Assembly: GCA_964016885.1 (NCBI GenBank)
Contig: OZ024764.1
Span: 24,986,001-25,050,000 of the forward strand
From: Eledone cirrhosa
Taxonomy: Eukaryota
Length of the DNA stretch: 64,000 bases
Direction of reading: 5' to 3'
A program made the position numbers and the translations under genes. The notes below the pieces were generated by a model. The model saw only the letters and a program-made list of their open reading frames with translations. It ran no database searches and was not told where the DNA came from. Positions 18,001-36,000 of this stretch are shown piece after piece; position 1 is the first letter of the stretch; every line of letters begins with the position of its first letter.

Positions 18001-21000
18001 ACACTTAATACACTGTTATATAGACATATCTATCACCACTGTGGTACACATACCACACTGTTATATAGTCATATCTATCACCATTGTGGTAAACTTACTA
18101 CACTGTTATATAGATATATCTCTCACCACTGTGGTACATTTACTACACTGTTATATAGACATGTCTAACCCCACTGTGGTACATTTACTACACTGTAATA
18201 TAGACATATCTATCACTTCTGTGGTACAATTACTACACTGTTATATAGACATCTATCACCACTGTGGTACACTTACTACACTGTTATATAGAAATATCTA
18301 TCACCACTGTGGTACACTTACTACACTGTTATATAGACATGGCTATCATCACTGTGGTACATTTACTACACAGTTATCTAGACATATATATCACCACTGG
18401 TACACTTACTACACTGTTATATAGACATATATATCACAACTGTGGTACACTTAATACACTGCTCTATAGACATGTCTATCACCACTGTGGTACACTTGCT
18501 ACACTGATATCTAGACATGTCTATCACTGCTGTTGTACACTTACTACACTTTTATATAGATATCACCACTCTGGTACACTTACTACACTGTTATATAGAC
18601 ATCTATGACCACTGTGGTACACTTACTACATTGGTACATAGACATATCTATCACCACTGTGGTACACTTACTACACTGTTATATAGACATCTATCACCAC
18701 TGTGGTAAACTTACTACACTGTTATATAGACATCTATCACCACTGTGTTAAACTTACTACACTGTTATATAGACATGTCTATCACCACTGTGGTACACTT
18801 ACTACACTGTTATATAGTCACATCTATTACCACTGTGGTACCCTTACTACACTGTTATATAGATATATCTATCACCCCTGTGGTACACTTACTATAGTTA
18901 TATAGACATATCTATTACCACTGTGGTACACTTACTTCACTGTTATATAGACATATCTATCACCACTGTGGTACACTTACCACACTGTTATATAGAGATA
19001 TATTACCACTGTGGTACACTTACTACACTGTTATATAGACATATCTATCACCACTGTGGTACACTTACTACACAGTTATATAGAAATATCTATCACCACT
19101 GTGGTACACTTACTAAACTGTTATCTAGACATGTCTGTCACCACTGTGGTACACTTACTACACTTTTATATAGATATCACCACTCTGGTACACTTACTAC
19201 ACTGTTATATAGACATATATATCACCACTGTGGTACACTTAATACACTGTTATATAGACATATATATCACCAATGTGGTACACTTACTACACTGTTATAT
19301 AGACATGTCTATCACCACTGTGGTACACTTACTACACTGTTATATAGTCATATCTATCACCACTGTGGTACACTTACTACACTGTTATATAGTCATATCT
19401 TTTACCACTGAGGTACAATTACTACACTGTTATATAGACAAGTCTATCACCACTGTGGTACACTTACTACACTGTTATATAGACATATCTATCACCACTG
19501 TGGTACACTTACTACACTGTTATATAGATATATCTATCACCACTGTGGTACACTTACTACACTGTTATATAGACATATATATCACCACTGTGGTACACTT
19601 AATACACTGTTATATAGACATATATATCACCAATGTGGTACACTTACTACACTGTTATATAGACATGTCTATCACCACTGTGGTACACTTACTACACTGT
19701 TATATAGTCATATCTTTTACCACTGAGGTACAATTACTACACTGTTATATAGACATGTCTATCACCACTGTGGTACACTTACTACACTGTTATATAGACA
19801 TATCTATCACCACTGTGGTACACTTACTACACTGTTATATAGATATATCTATCACCACTGTGGTACACTTACTACACTGTTATATAGACATATCTATCAC
19901 CACTCTGGTACACTTACCACACTGTTATATAGTCATATCTATCACCACTGTGGTACACTTACTACACTGTTATATAGACATATCTATCACCATTGTGGTA
20001 CACTTACTACACTGTTATATAGACATGTCTATCACCACTGTGGTACACTTACTACACTGTAATATAGACATATCTATCACTGCTGTGGTACACTTACTAC
20101 ACTGTTATCTAGACATATATATCACCACTGGTACACTTACTACACTGTTATATAGACATATATATCACAACTGTGGTACACTTAATACACTGCTATATAG
20201 GCATGTCTATCAACACTGTGGTACACTTGCTACACTGTTATCTAGACATGTCTATCACTGCTTTTGTACACTTACTACACTTTTATATAGATATCACCAC
20301 TCTGGTACACTTACTATACTGTTATATAGACGTGTCTATCACCACTGTGGTACACTTACTACATTGTCATATAGTCATATCTATTACCACTGTGGTACAC
20401 TTACTACACTGTTATATAGACATATCTATTACCACTGTGGTACACTTACTACACTGTTATATAGACATATCTATCACCACTGTGGTACACTTACTACACA
20501 GTTATATAGAAATATCTATCACCACTGTGGTACACTTACTACACTGTTATCTAGACATGTCTGTCACCACTGTGGTACACTTACTACACTGTTATATAGA
20601 TATCAACACTCTGGTACACTTACTCCACTGTAATATGGACATATCTGTCACCACTGTGGTACACTTACTACACTGTTATATAGATATCACCACTCTGGTA
20701 CACTTATTACACTGTTTTATAGACATCTATCACCACTGTGGTACACTTACTACACTGTTATATAGACATATATATCACCACTGTGGTACACTTACTACAC
20801 TGTTATATAGATATATCTATCACCACTGTGGTACACATACTACACTGTTATATAGACATATCTATTACCACTGTGGTACACTTACTACACTGTTATATAG
20901 ATATATCTATCACGACTGTGGTATACTTACTACACTGTTATACTGACATATCTATCACCACTGTGGTACAATTACTGCCCTGTTATCTAGACATGTCTAT

Positions 21001-24000
21001 CACCACTGGTACACTTACTACACTGTTATATAGACATATATATCACCACTGTGGTACACTTACTACACTGTTATATAGACATATATATCACCACTGTGGT
21101 ACACTTACTACACTGTTATATAGACATGTCTATCACCACTGTGGTACACTTATTACACTGTTATATAGTCATATCTATCACCACTGTGGTACACTTACTA
21201 CACTGTTATATAGACATGTCTATCACCACTGTGGTACACTTGCTACAATGTTATATAGACATATCTATCACCACTGTTGTACACTTACTACACTGTTATA
21301 TAGACACATCTATCACCACTGTGGTACACTTACTACACTGTTATATAGTCATATCTATCACCACTGTGGTACACTTACTACACTGTTATATAGACATGTC
21401 TATCACCACTGTGGTACACTTGCTACAATGTTATATAGACATATCTATCACCACTGTGGTACACTTACTACACTGTTATATAGTCATATCTATCACCACT
21501 GTGGTACACTTACTACACTGTTATATAGACATGTCTATCACCACTGTGGTACACTTACTACACTGTAATATAGACATATCTATCACTGCTGTGGTACACT
21601 TACTACACTCGTCTCTAGACATATATATCACCACTGGTACACTTACTACACTGTTATATAGACACATCTATCACCACTGTGGTACACTTACTACACTGTT
21701 ATATAGACATGTCTATCACCACTGTGGTACACTTACTACGCTGTTATATAGACATGTCTATCACCACTGTGGTACACTTGCTACAATGTTATATAGACAT
21801 ATCTATCACAACTGTTGTACACTTACTACACTGTTATATAGACATGTCTAGCACCACTGTGGTACACTTACTACACTGTTATATAGACATGTCTATCACG
21901 ACTGTGGTACACTTGCCACACTGTTATATAGACATATCTATCACCACTGTGGTACACTTACTACACTGTTATATAGACATGTCTATCACCACTGTGGTAC
22001 ACTTGCTACACTGTTATATAGACATATCTATCCCCACTGTTGTACACTTACTACACTGTTATATAGAAATATCTATCACCACTGTGGTACACTTACTACA
22101 CTGTTATATAGTCATATCTATCACCACTGTGGTACTCTTACTACACTGTTATATAGAAATATCTATCACCCCTGTGGTACACTTACCACACTGTTATATA
22201 GTCATATCTATCACCACTGTGGTACTCTTACTACACTGTTATCTAGACGTATATATCACCACTGTGGTACACTTACTACACTGTTATATAGACATGGCTA
22301 TCATCACTGTGGTACACTTGCTACACTGTTATCTAGACATGTCTATCACCACTGTGGTACACTTACTACACTTACTACACTTTTATATAGATATCACCAA
22401 TCTGGTCCACTTACTACACTGTTATATAGACATGTCTATCACCACTGTGGTACACTTGCTACAGTGTTATATAGACATATCTATCACCACTGTGGTACAC
22501 TTACTACACTGTTATATAGACATATCTATTACCACTGTGGTACACTTACTACACTCTTACATAGACATATCTATCACCACTGTGGTAGATTTACTACACT
22601 GTTATAAAGACATGTCCATCACCACCGTGGTACACTTACTACACTGATATATAGACATATCTGTCACCACTGTTGTGCATTTACTACACTGTTATATAGT
22701 CATATCTTTTACCACTGTGGTACACTTACTACACTGTTATATAGACATGTCTATCACCACTGTGGTACACTTAATACACTGTTATATAGACATATCTTTC
22801 ACCACTGTGGTACACATACCACACTGTTATATAGTCATATCTATCACCATTGTGGTAAACTTACTACACTGTTATATAGATATATCTCTCACCACTGTGG
22901 TACATTTACTACACTGTTATATAGACATGTCTAACCCCACTGTGGTACATTTACTACACTGTAATATAGACATATCTATCACTTCTGTGGTACAATTACT
23001 ACACTGTTATATAGACATCTATCACCACTGTGGTACACTTACTGCACTGTTATATAGAAATATCTATCACCACTGTGGTACACTTACTACACTGTTATAT
23101 AGACATATCTATCACCACTCTGGTACACTTACCACACTGTTATATAGTCATATCTATCACCACTGTGGTACACTTACTACACTGTTATATAGACATATCT
23201 ATCACCATTGTGGTACACTTACTACACTGTTATATAGACATGTCTATCACCACTGTGGTACACTTACTACACTGTTATCTAGACATGTCTGTCACCACTG
23301 TGGTACACTTACTACACTTTTATATAGATATCACCACTCTGGTACACTTACTACACTGTTATATAGATATCAACACTCTGGTACACTTACTCCACTGTAA
23401 TATGGACATATCTGTCACCACTGTGGTACACTTACTACACTGTTATATAGATATATCTATCACCACTGTGGTACACTTACTACACTGTTATATAGACATA
23501 TCTATCACCATTGTGGTACACTTACTACACTGTTATACAGACATGTCTATCACCACTGTGGTACACTTACTACACTGTAATATAGAGATATCTATCACTG
23601 CTGTGGTACACTTACTACACTGTTATCTAGACATATATATCACCACTGGTACACTTACTACACTGTTATATAGACATATATATCACAACCGTGGTACACT
23701 TAATACACTGCTATATAGGCATGTCTATCAACACTGTGGTACACTTGCTACACTGTTATCTAGACATGTCTATCACTGCTTTTGTACACTTACTACACTT
23801 TTATATAGATATCACCACTCTGGTACACTTACTATACTTTTATATAGACGTGTCTATCACCACTGTGGTACACTTACTACATTGTTATATAGTCATATCT
23901 ATTACCACTGTGGTACACTTACTACACTGTTATATAGACATATCTATTACCACTGTGGTACACTTACTACACTGTTATATAGACATATCTATCACCACTG

Positions 24001-27000
24001 TGGTACACTTACTACACAGTTATATAGAAATATCTATCACCACTGTGGTACACTTACTACACTGTTATCTAGACATGTCTGTCACCACTGTGGTACACTT
24101 ACTACACTTTTATATAGATATCACCACTCTGGTACACTTACTACACTGTTATATAGATATCAACACTCTGGTACACTTACTCCACTGTAATATGGACATA
24201 TCTGTCACCACTGTGGTACACTTACTACACTGTTATATAGATATCACCACTCTGGTACACTTATTACACTGTTTTATAGACATCTATCACCACTGTGGTA
24301 CACTTACTACACTGTTATATAGACATATATATCACCACTGTGGTACACTTACTACACTGTTATATAGATATATCTATCACCACTGTGGTACACAAACTAC
24401 ACTGTTATATAGACATATCTATTACCACTGTGGTACACTTACTACACTGTTATATAGATATATCTATCACCACTGTGGTATACTTACTACACTGTTATAC
24501 TGACATATCTATCACCACTGTGGTACAATTACTGCCCTGTTATCTAGACATGTCTATCACCACTGGTACACTTACTACACTGTTATATAGACATATATAT
24601 CACCACTGTGGTACACTTACTACACTGTTATATAGACATATATATCACCACTGTGGTACACTTACTACACTGTTATATAGACATGTCTATCACCACTGTG
24701 GTACACTTATTACACTGTTATATAGTCATATCTATCACCACTGTGGTACACTTACTACACTGTTATATAGACATGTCTATCACCACTGTGGTACACTTGC
24801 TACAATGTTATATAGACATATCTATCACCACTGTTGTACACTTACTACACTGTTATATAGACACATCTATCACCACTGTGGTACACTTACTACACTGTTA
24901 TATAGTCATATCTATCACCACTGTGGTACACTTACTACACTGTTATATAGACATGTCTATCACCACTGTGGTACACTTGCTACAATGTTATATAGACATA
25001 TCTATCACCACTGTGGTACACTTACTACACTGTTATATAGTCATATCTATCACCACTGTGGTACACTTACTACACTGTTATATAGACATGTCTATCACCA
25101 CTGTGGTACACTTACTACACTGTAATATAGACATATCTATCACTGCTGTGGTACACTTACTACACTCGTCTCTAGACATATATATCACCACTGGTACACT
25201 TACTACACTGTTATATAGACACATCTATCACCACTGTGGTACACTTACTACACTGTTATATAGACATGTCTATCACCACTGTGGTACACTTACTACGCTG
25301 TTATATAGACATGTCTATCACCACTGTGGTACACTTGCTACAATGTTATATAGACATGTCTATCACCACTGTGGTACACTTGCTACAATGTTATATAGAC
25401 ATATCTATCACAACTGTTGTACACTTACTACACTGTTATATAGACATGTCTAGCACCACTGTGGTACACTTACTACACTGTTATATAGACATGTCTATCA
25501 CGACTGTGGTACACTTGCCACACTGTTATATAGACATATCTATCACCACTGTGGTACACTTACTACACTGTTATATAGACATGTCTATCACCACTGTGGT
25601 ACACTTGCTACACTGTTATATAGACATATCTATCCCCACTGTTGTACACTTACTACACTGTTATATAGTCATATCTATCACCACTGTGGTACACTTACTA
25701 CACTGTTATATAGTCATATCTATCACCACTGTGGTACTCTTACTACACTGTTATATAGAAATATCTATCACCCCTGTGGTACACTTACCACACTGTTATA
25801 TAGTCATATCTATCACCACTGTGGTACTCTTACTACACTGTTATCTAGACGTATATATCACCACTGTGGTACACTTACTACACTGTTATATAGACATGGC
25901 TATCATCACTGTGGTACACTTGCTACACTGTTATCTAGACATGTCTATCACCACTGTGGTACACTTACTACACTTACTACACTTTTATATAGATATCACC
26001 AATCTGGTCCACTTACTACACTGTTATATAGACATGTCTATCACCACTGTGGTACACTTGCTACAGTGTTATATAGACATATCTATCACCACTGTGGTAC
26101 ACTTACTACACTGTTATATAGACATATCTATTACCACTGTGGTACACTTACTACACTCTTACATAGACATATCTATCACCACTGTGGTAGATTTACTACA
26201 CTGTTATAAAGACATGTCCATCACCACCGTGGTACACTTACTACACTGATATATAGACATATCTGTCACCACTGTTGTGCATTTACTACACTGTTATATA
26301 GTCATATCTTTTACCACTGTGGTACACTTACTACACTGTTATATAGACATGTCTATCACCACTGTGGTACACTTAATACACTGTTATATAGACATATCTT
26401 TCACCACTGTGGTACACATACCACACTGTTATATAGTCATATCTATCACCATTTTGGTAAACTTACTACACTGTTATATAGATATATCTCTCACCACTGT
26501 GGTACATTTACTACACTGTTATATAGACATGTCTAACCCCACTGTGGTACATTTACTACACTGTAATATAGACATATCTATCACTTCTGTGGTACACTTA
26601 CTACACTGTTATATAGACATCTATCACCACTGTGGTACACTTACTACACTGTTATATAGAAATATCTATCACCACTGTGGTACACTTACTACACTGTTAT
26701 ATAGACATGGCTATCATCACTGTGGTACATTTACTACACAGTTATCTAGACATATATATCACCACTGGTACACTTACTACACTGTTATATAGACATATAT
26801 ATCACAACTGTGGTACACTTAATACACTGCTATATAGACATGTCTATCACCACTGTGGTACACTTGCTACACTGATATCTAGACATGTCTATCACTGCTG
26901 TTGTACACTTACTACACTTTTATATAGATATCACCACTCTGGTACACTTACTACACTGTTATATAGACATCTATGACCACTGTGGTACACTTACTACATT

Positions 27001-30000
27001 GGTACATAGACATATCTATCACCACTGTGGTACACTTACTACACTGTTATATAGACATCTATCACCACTGTGGTAAACTTACTACACTGTTATATAGACA
27101 TCTATCACCACTGTGTTAAACTTACTACACTGTTATATAGACATGTCTATCACCACTGTGGTACACTTACTACACTGTTATATAGTCACATCTATTACCA
27201 CTGTGGTACCCTTACTACACTGTTACATAGATATATCTATCACCCCTGTGGTACACTTACTATAGTTATATAGACATATCTATTACCACTGTGGTACACT
27301 TACTTCACTGTTATATAGACATATCTATCACCACTGTGGTACACTTACCACACTGTTATATAGAGATATATATTACCACTGTGGTACACTTACTACACTG
27401 TTATATAGACATATCTATCACCACTGTGGTACACTTACTACACAGTTATATAGAAATATCTATCACCACTGTGGTACACTTACTAAACTGTTATCTAGAC
27501 ATGTCTGTCACCACTGTGGTACACTTACTACACTTTTATATAGATATCACCACTCTGGTACACTTACTACACTGTTATATAGACATATATATCACCACTG
27601 TGGTACACTTAATACACTGTTATATAGACATATATATCACCAATGTGGTACACTTACTACACTGTTATATAGACATGTCTATCACCACTGTGGTACACTT
27701 ACTACACTGTTATATAGTCATATCTATCACCACTGTGGTACACTTACTACACTGTTATATAGTCATATCTTTTACCACTGAGGTACAATTACTACACTGT
27801 TATATAGACAAGTCTATCACCACTGTGGTACACTTACTACACTGTTATATAGACATATCTATCACCACTGTGGTACACTTACTACACTGTTATATAGATA
27901 TATCTATCACCACTGTGGTACACTTACTACACTGTTATATAGACATATATATCACCACTGTGGTACACTTAATACACTGTTATATAGACATATATATCAC
28001 CAATGTGGTACACTTACTACACTGTTATATAGACATGTCTATCACCACTGTGGTACACTTACTACACTGTTATATAGTCATATCTTTTACCACTGAGGTA
28101 CAATTACTACACTGTTATATAGACATGTCTATCACCACTGTGGTACACTTACTACACTGTTATATAGACATATCTATCACCACTGTGGTACACTTACTAC
28201 ACTGTTATATAGATATATCTATCACCACTGTGGTACACTTACTACACTGTTATATAGACATATCTATCACCACTCTGGTACACTTACCACACTGTTATAT
28301 AGTCATATCTATCACCACTGTGGTACACTTACTACACTGTTATATAGACATATCTATCACCATTGTGGTACACTTACTACACTGTTATATAGACATGTCT
28401 ATCACCACTGTGGTACACTTACTACACTGTAATATAGACATATCTATCACTGCTGTGGTACACTTACTACACTGTTATCTAGACATATATATCACCACTG
28501 GTACACTTACTACACTGTTATATAGACATATATATCACAACTGTGGTACACTTAATACACTGCTATATAGGCATGTCTATCAACACTGTGGTACACTTGC
28601 TACACTGTTATCTAGACATGTCTATCACTGCTTTTGTACACTTACTACACTTTTATATAGATATCACCACTCTGGTACACTTACTATACTGTTATATAGA
28701 CGTGTCTATCACCACTGTGGTACACTTACTACATTGTCATATAGTCATATCTATTACCACTGTGGTACACTTACTACACTGTTATATAGACATATCTATT
28801 ACCACTGTGGTACACTTACTACACTGTTATATAGACATATCTATCACCACTGTGGTACACTTACTACACAGTTATATAGAAATATCTATCACCACTGTGG
28901 TACACTTACTACACTGTTATCTAGACATGTCTGTCACCACTGTGGTACACTTACTACACTGTTATATAGATATCAACACTCTGGTACACTTACTCCACTG
29001 TAATATGGACATATCTGTCACCACTGTGGTACACTTACTACACTGTTATATAGATATCACCACTCTGGTACACTTATTACACTGTTTTATAGATATCTAT
29101 CACCACTGTGGTACACTTACTACACTGTTATATAGACATATATATCACCACTGTGGTACACTTACTACACTGTTATATAGATATATCTATCACCACTGTG
29201 GTACACATACTACACTGTTATATAGACATATCTATTACCACTGTGGTACACTTACTACACTGTTATATAGATATATCTATCACCACTGTGGTATACTTAC
29301 TACACTGTTATACTGACATATCTATCACCACTGTGGTACAATTACTGCCCTGTTATCTAGACATGTCTATCACCACTGGTACACTTACTACACTGTTATA
29401 TAGACATATATATCACCACTGTGGTACACTTACTACACTGCTATATAGACATATATATCACCACTGTGGTACACTTACTACACTGTTATATAGACATGTC
29501 TATCACCACTGTGGTACACTTATTACACTGTTATATAGTCATATCTATCACCACTGTGGTACACTTACTACACTGTTATATAGACATGTCTATCACCACT
29601 GTGGTACTCTTGCTACAATGTTATATAGACATATCTATCACCACTGTTGTACACTTACTACACTGTTATATAGACACATATATCACCACTGTGGTACACT
29701 TACTACACTGTTATATAGTCATATCTATCACCACTGTGGTACACTTACTACACTGTTATATAGACATGTCTATCACCACTGTGGTACACTTGCTACAATG
29801 TTATATAGACATATCTATCACCACTGTGGTACACTTACTACACTGTTATATAGTCATATCTATCACCACTGTGGTACACTTACTACACTGTTATATAGAC
29901 ATGTCTATCACCACTGTGGTACACTTACTACACTGTAATATAGACATATCTATCACTGCTGTGGTACACTTACTACACTCGTCTCTAGACATATATATCA

Positions 30001-33000
30001 CCACTGGTACACTTACTACACTGTTATATAGACACATCTATCACCACTGTGGTACACTTACTACACTGTTATATAGACATGTCTATCACCACTGTGGTAC
30101 ACTTACTACGCTGTTATATAGACATGTCTATCACCACTGTGGTACACTTGCTACAATGTTATATAGACATATCTATCACAACTGTTGTACACTTACTACA
30201 CTGTTATATAGACATGTCTAGCACCACTGTGGTACACTTACTACACTGTTATATAGACATGTCTATCACGACTGTGGTACACTTGCCACAGTTATATAGA
30301 CATATCTATCACCACTGTGGTACACTTACTACACTGTTATATAGACATGTCTATCACCACTGTGGTACACTTGCTACACTGTTATATAGACATATCTATC
30401 CCCACTGTTGTACACTTACTACACTGTTATATAGAAATATCTATCACCACTGTGGTACACTTACTACACTGTTATATAGTCATATCTATCACCACTGTGG
30501 TACTCTTACTACACTGTTATATAGAAATATCTATCACCCCTGTGGTACACTTACCACACTGTTATATAGTCATATCTATCACCACTGTGGTACTCTTACT
30601 ACACTGTTATCTAGACGTATATATCACCACTGTGGTACACTTACTACACTGTTATATAGACATGGCTATCATCACTGTGGTACACTTGCTACACTGTTAT
30701 CTAGACATGTCTATCACCACTGTGGTACACTTACTACACTTACTACACTTTTATATAGATATCACCAATCTGGTCCACTTACTACACTGTTATATAGACA
30801 TGTCTATCACCACTGTGGTACACTTGCTACAGTGTTATATAGACATATCTATCACCACTGTGGTACACTTACTACACTGTTATATAGACATATCTATTAC
30901 CACTGTGGTACACTTACTACACTCTTACATAGACATATCTATCACCACTGTGGTAGATTTACTACACTGTTATAAAGACATGTCCATCACCACCGTGGTA
31001 CACTTACTACACTGATATATAGACATATCTGTCACCACTGTTGTGCATTTACTACACTGTTATATAGTCATATCTTTTACCACTGTGGTACACTTACTAC
31101 ACTGTTATATAGACATGTCTATCACCACTGTGGTACACTTAATACACTGTTATATAGACATATCTTTCACCACTGTGGTACACATACCACACTGTTATAT
31201 AGTCATATCTATCACCATTGTGGTAAACTTACTACACTGTTATATAGATATATCTCTCACCACTGTGGTACATTTACTACACTGTTATATAGACATGTCT
31301 AACCCCACTGTGGTACATTTACTACACTGTAATATAGACATATCTATCACTTCTGTGGTACAATTACTACACTGTTATATAGACATCTATCACCACTGTG
31401 GTACACTTACTGCACTGTTATATAGAAATATCTATCACCACTGTGGTACACTTACTACACTGTTATATAGACATATCTATCACCACTCTGGTACACTTAC
31501 CACACTGTTATATAGTCATATCTATCACCACTGTGGTACACTTACTACACTGTTATATAGACATATCTATCACCATTGTGGTACACTTACTACACTGTTA
31601 TATAGACATGTCTATCACCACTGTGGTACACTTACTACACTGTTATCTAGACATGTCTGTCACCACTGTGGTACACTTACTACACTTTTATATAGATATC
31701 ACCACTCTGGTACACTTACTACACTGTTATATAGATATCAACACTCTGGTACACTTACTCCACTGTAATATGGACATATCTGTCACCACTGTGGTACACT
31801 TACTACACTGTTATATAGATATATCTATCACCACTGTGGTACACTTACTACACTGTTATATAGACATATCTATCACCACTCTGGTACACTTACCACACTG
31901 TTATATAGTCATATCTATCACCACTGTGGTACACTTACTACACTGTTATATAGACATATCTATCACCATTGTGGTACACTTACTACACTGTTATATAGAC
32001 ATGTCTATCACCACTGTGGTACACTTACTACACTGTAATATAGACATATCTATCACTGCTGTGGTACACTTACTACACTGTTATCTAGACATATATATCA
32101 CCACTGTTACACTTACTACACTGTTATATAGACATATATATCACAACTGTGGTACACATAATACACTGCTATATAGGCATGTCTATCAACACTGTGGTAC
32201 ACTTGCTACACTGTTATCTAGACATGTCTATCACTGCTTTTGTACACTTACTACACTTTTATATAGATATCACCAGTCTGGTACACTTACTATACTGTTA
32301 TATAGACGTGTCTATCACCACTGTGGTACACTTACTACATTGTTATATAGTCATATCTATTACCACTGTGGTACACTTACTACACTGTTATATAGACATA
32401 TCTATTACCACTGTGGTACACTTACTACACTGTTATATAGACATATCTATCACCACTGTGGTACACTTACTACACAGTTATATAGAAATATCTATCACCA
32501 CTGTGGTACACTTACTACACTGTTATCTAGACATGTCTGTCACCACTGTGGTACACTTACTACACTTTTATATAGATATCACCACTCTGGTACACTTACT
32601 ACACTGTTATATAGATATCAACACTCTGGTACACTTACTCCACTGTAATATGGACATATCTGTCACCACTGTGGTACACTTACTACACTGTTATATAGAT
32701 ATCACCACTCTGGTACACTTATTACACTGTTTTATAGACATCTATCACCACTGTGGTACACTTACTACACTGTTATATAGACATATATATCACCACTGTG
32801 GTACACTTACTACACTGTTATATAGATATATCTATCACCACTGTGGTACACATACTACACTGTTATATAGACATATCTATTACCACTGTGGTACACTTAC
32901 TACACTGTTATATAGATATATCTATCACCACTGTGGTATACTTACTACACTGTTATACTGACATATCTATCACCACTGTGGTACAATTACTGCCCTGTTA

Positions 33001-36000
33001 TCTAGACATGTCTATCACCACTGGTACACTTACTACACTGTTATATAGACATATATATCACCACTGTGGTACACTTACTACACTGTTATATAGACATATA
33101 TATCACCACTGTGGTACACTTACTACACTGTTATATAGACATGTCTATCACCACTGTGGTACACTTATTACACTGTTATATAGTCATATCTATCACCACT
33201 GTGGTACACTTACTACACTGTTATATAGACATGTCTATCACCACTGTGGTACACTTGCTACAATGTTATATAGACATATCTATCACCACTGTTGTACACT
33301 TACTACACTGTTATATAGACACATCTATCACCACTGTGGTACACTTACTACACTGTTATATAGTCATATCTATCACCACTGTGGTACACTTACTACACTG
33401 TTATATAGACATGTCTATCACCACTGTGGTACACTTGCTACAATGTTATATAGACATATCTATCACCACTGTGGTACACTTACTACACTGTTATATAGTC
33501 ATATCTATCACCACTGTGGTACACTTAATACACTGTTATATAGACATGTCTATCACCACTGTGGTACACTTACTACACTGTAATATAGACATATCTATCA
33601 CTGCTGTGGTACACTTACTACACTCGTCTCTAGACATATATATCACCACTGGTACACTTACTACACTGTTATATAGACACATCTATCACCACTGTGGTAC
33701 ACTTACTACACTGTTATATAGACATGTCTATCACCACTGTGGTACACTTACTACGCTGTTATATAGACATGTCTATCACCACTGTGGTACACTTGCTACA
33801 ATGTTATATAGACATATCTATCACAACTGTTGTACACTTACTACACTGTTATATAGACATGTCTAGCACCACTGTGGTACACTTACTACACTGTTATATA
33901 GACATGTCTATCACGACTGTGGTACACTTGCCACACTGTTATATAGACATATCTATCACCACTGTGGTACACTTACTACACTGTTATATAGACATGTCTA
34001 TCACCACTGTGGTACACTTGCTACACTGTTATATAGACATATCTATCCCCACTGTTGTACACTTACTACACTGTTATATAGAAATATCTATCACCACTGT
34101 GGTACACTTACTACACTGTTATATAGTTATATCTATCACCACTGTGGTACTCTTACTACACTGTTATATAGAAATATCTATCACCCCTGTGGTACACTTA
34201 CCACACTGTTATATAGTCATATCTATCACCACTGTGGTACTCTTACTACACTGTTATCTAGACGTATATATCACCACTGTGGTACACTTACTACACTGTT
34301 ATATAGACATGGCTATCATCACTGTGGTACACTTGCTACACTGTTATCTAGACATGTCTATCACCACTGTGGTACACTTACTACACTTACTACACTTTTA
34401 TATAGATATCACCAATCTGGTCCACTTACTACACTGTTATATAGACATGTCTATCACCACTGTGGTACACTTGCTACAGTGTTATATAGACATATCTATC
34501 ACCACTGTGGTACACTTACTACACTGTTATATAGACATATCTATTACCACTGTGGTACACTTACTACACTCTTACATAGACATATCTATCACCACTGTGG
34601 TAGATTTACTACACTGTTATAAAGACATGTCCATCACCACCGTGGTACACTTACTACACTGTTATATAGTCATATCTTTTACCACTGTGGTACACTTACT
34701 ACACTGTTATATAGACATGTCTATCACCACTGTGGTACACTTAATACACTGTTATATAGACATATCTTTCACCACTGTGGTACACATACCACACTGTTAT
34801 ATAGTCATATCTATCACCATTGTGGTAAACTTACTACACTGTTATATAGATATATCTCTCACCACTGTGGTACATTTACTACACTGTTATATAGACATGT
34901 CTAACCCCACTGTGGTACATTTACTACACTGTAATATAGACATATCTATCACTTCTGTGGTACACTTACTACACTGTTATATAGACATCTATCACCACTG
35001 TGGTACACTTACTACACTGTTATATAGAAATATCTATCACCACTGTGGTACAAGTACTACACTGTTATATAGACATGGCTATCATCACTGTGGTACATTT
35101 ACTACACAGTTATCTAGACATATATATCACCACTGGTACACTTACTACACTGTTATATAGACATATATATCACAACTGTGGTACACTTAATACACTGCTA
35201 TATAGACATGTCTATCACCACTGTGGTACACTTGCTACACTGATATCTAGACATGTCTATCACTGCTGTTGTACACTTACTACACTTTTATATAGATATC
35301 ACCACTCTGGTACACTTACTACACTGTTATATAGACATCTATGACCACTGTGGTACACTTACTACATTGGTACATAGACATATCTATCACCACTGTGGTA
35401 CACTTACTACACTGTTATATAGACATCTATCACCACTGTGGTAAACTTACTACACTGTTATATAGACATCTATCACCACTGTGTTAAACTTACTACACTG
35501 TTATATAGACATGTCTATCACCACTGTGGTACACTTACTACACTGTTATATAGTCACATCTATTACCACTGTGGTACCCTTACTACACTGTTATATAGAT
35601 ATATCTATCACCCCTGTGGTACACTTACTATAGTTATATAGACATATCTATTACCACTGTGGTACACTTACTTCACTGTTATATAGACATATCTATCACC
35701 ACTGTGGTACACTTACTACACTGTTATATAGAGATATATATTACCACTGTGGTACACTTACTACACTGTTATATAGACATATCTATCAGCGCTGTGGTAC
35801 ACTTACTACACTGTTATATAGACATGTCTATCACCACTGTGGTAGACTTACTACACTGTTATATAGAGATATATATTACCACTGTGGTACACTTACTACA
35901 CTGTTATATAGTCACATCTATTACCACTGTGGTACCCTTACTACACTGTTATATAGATATATCTATCACCCCTGTGGTACACTTACTATAGTTATATAGA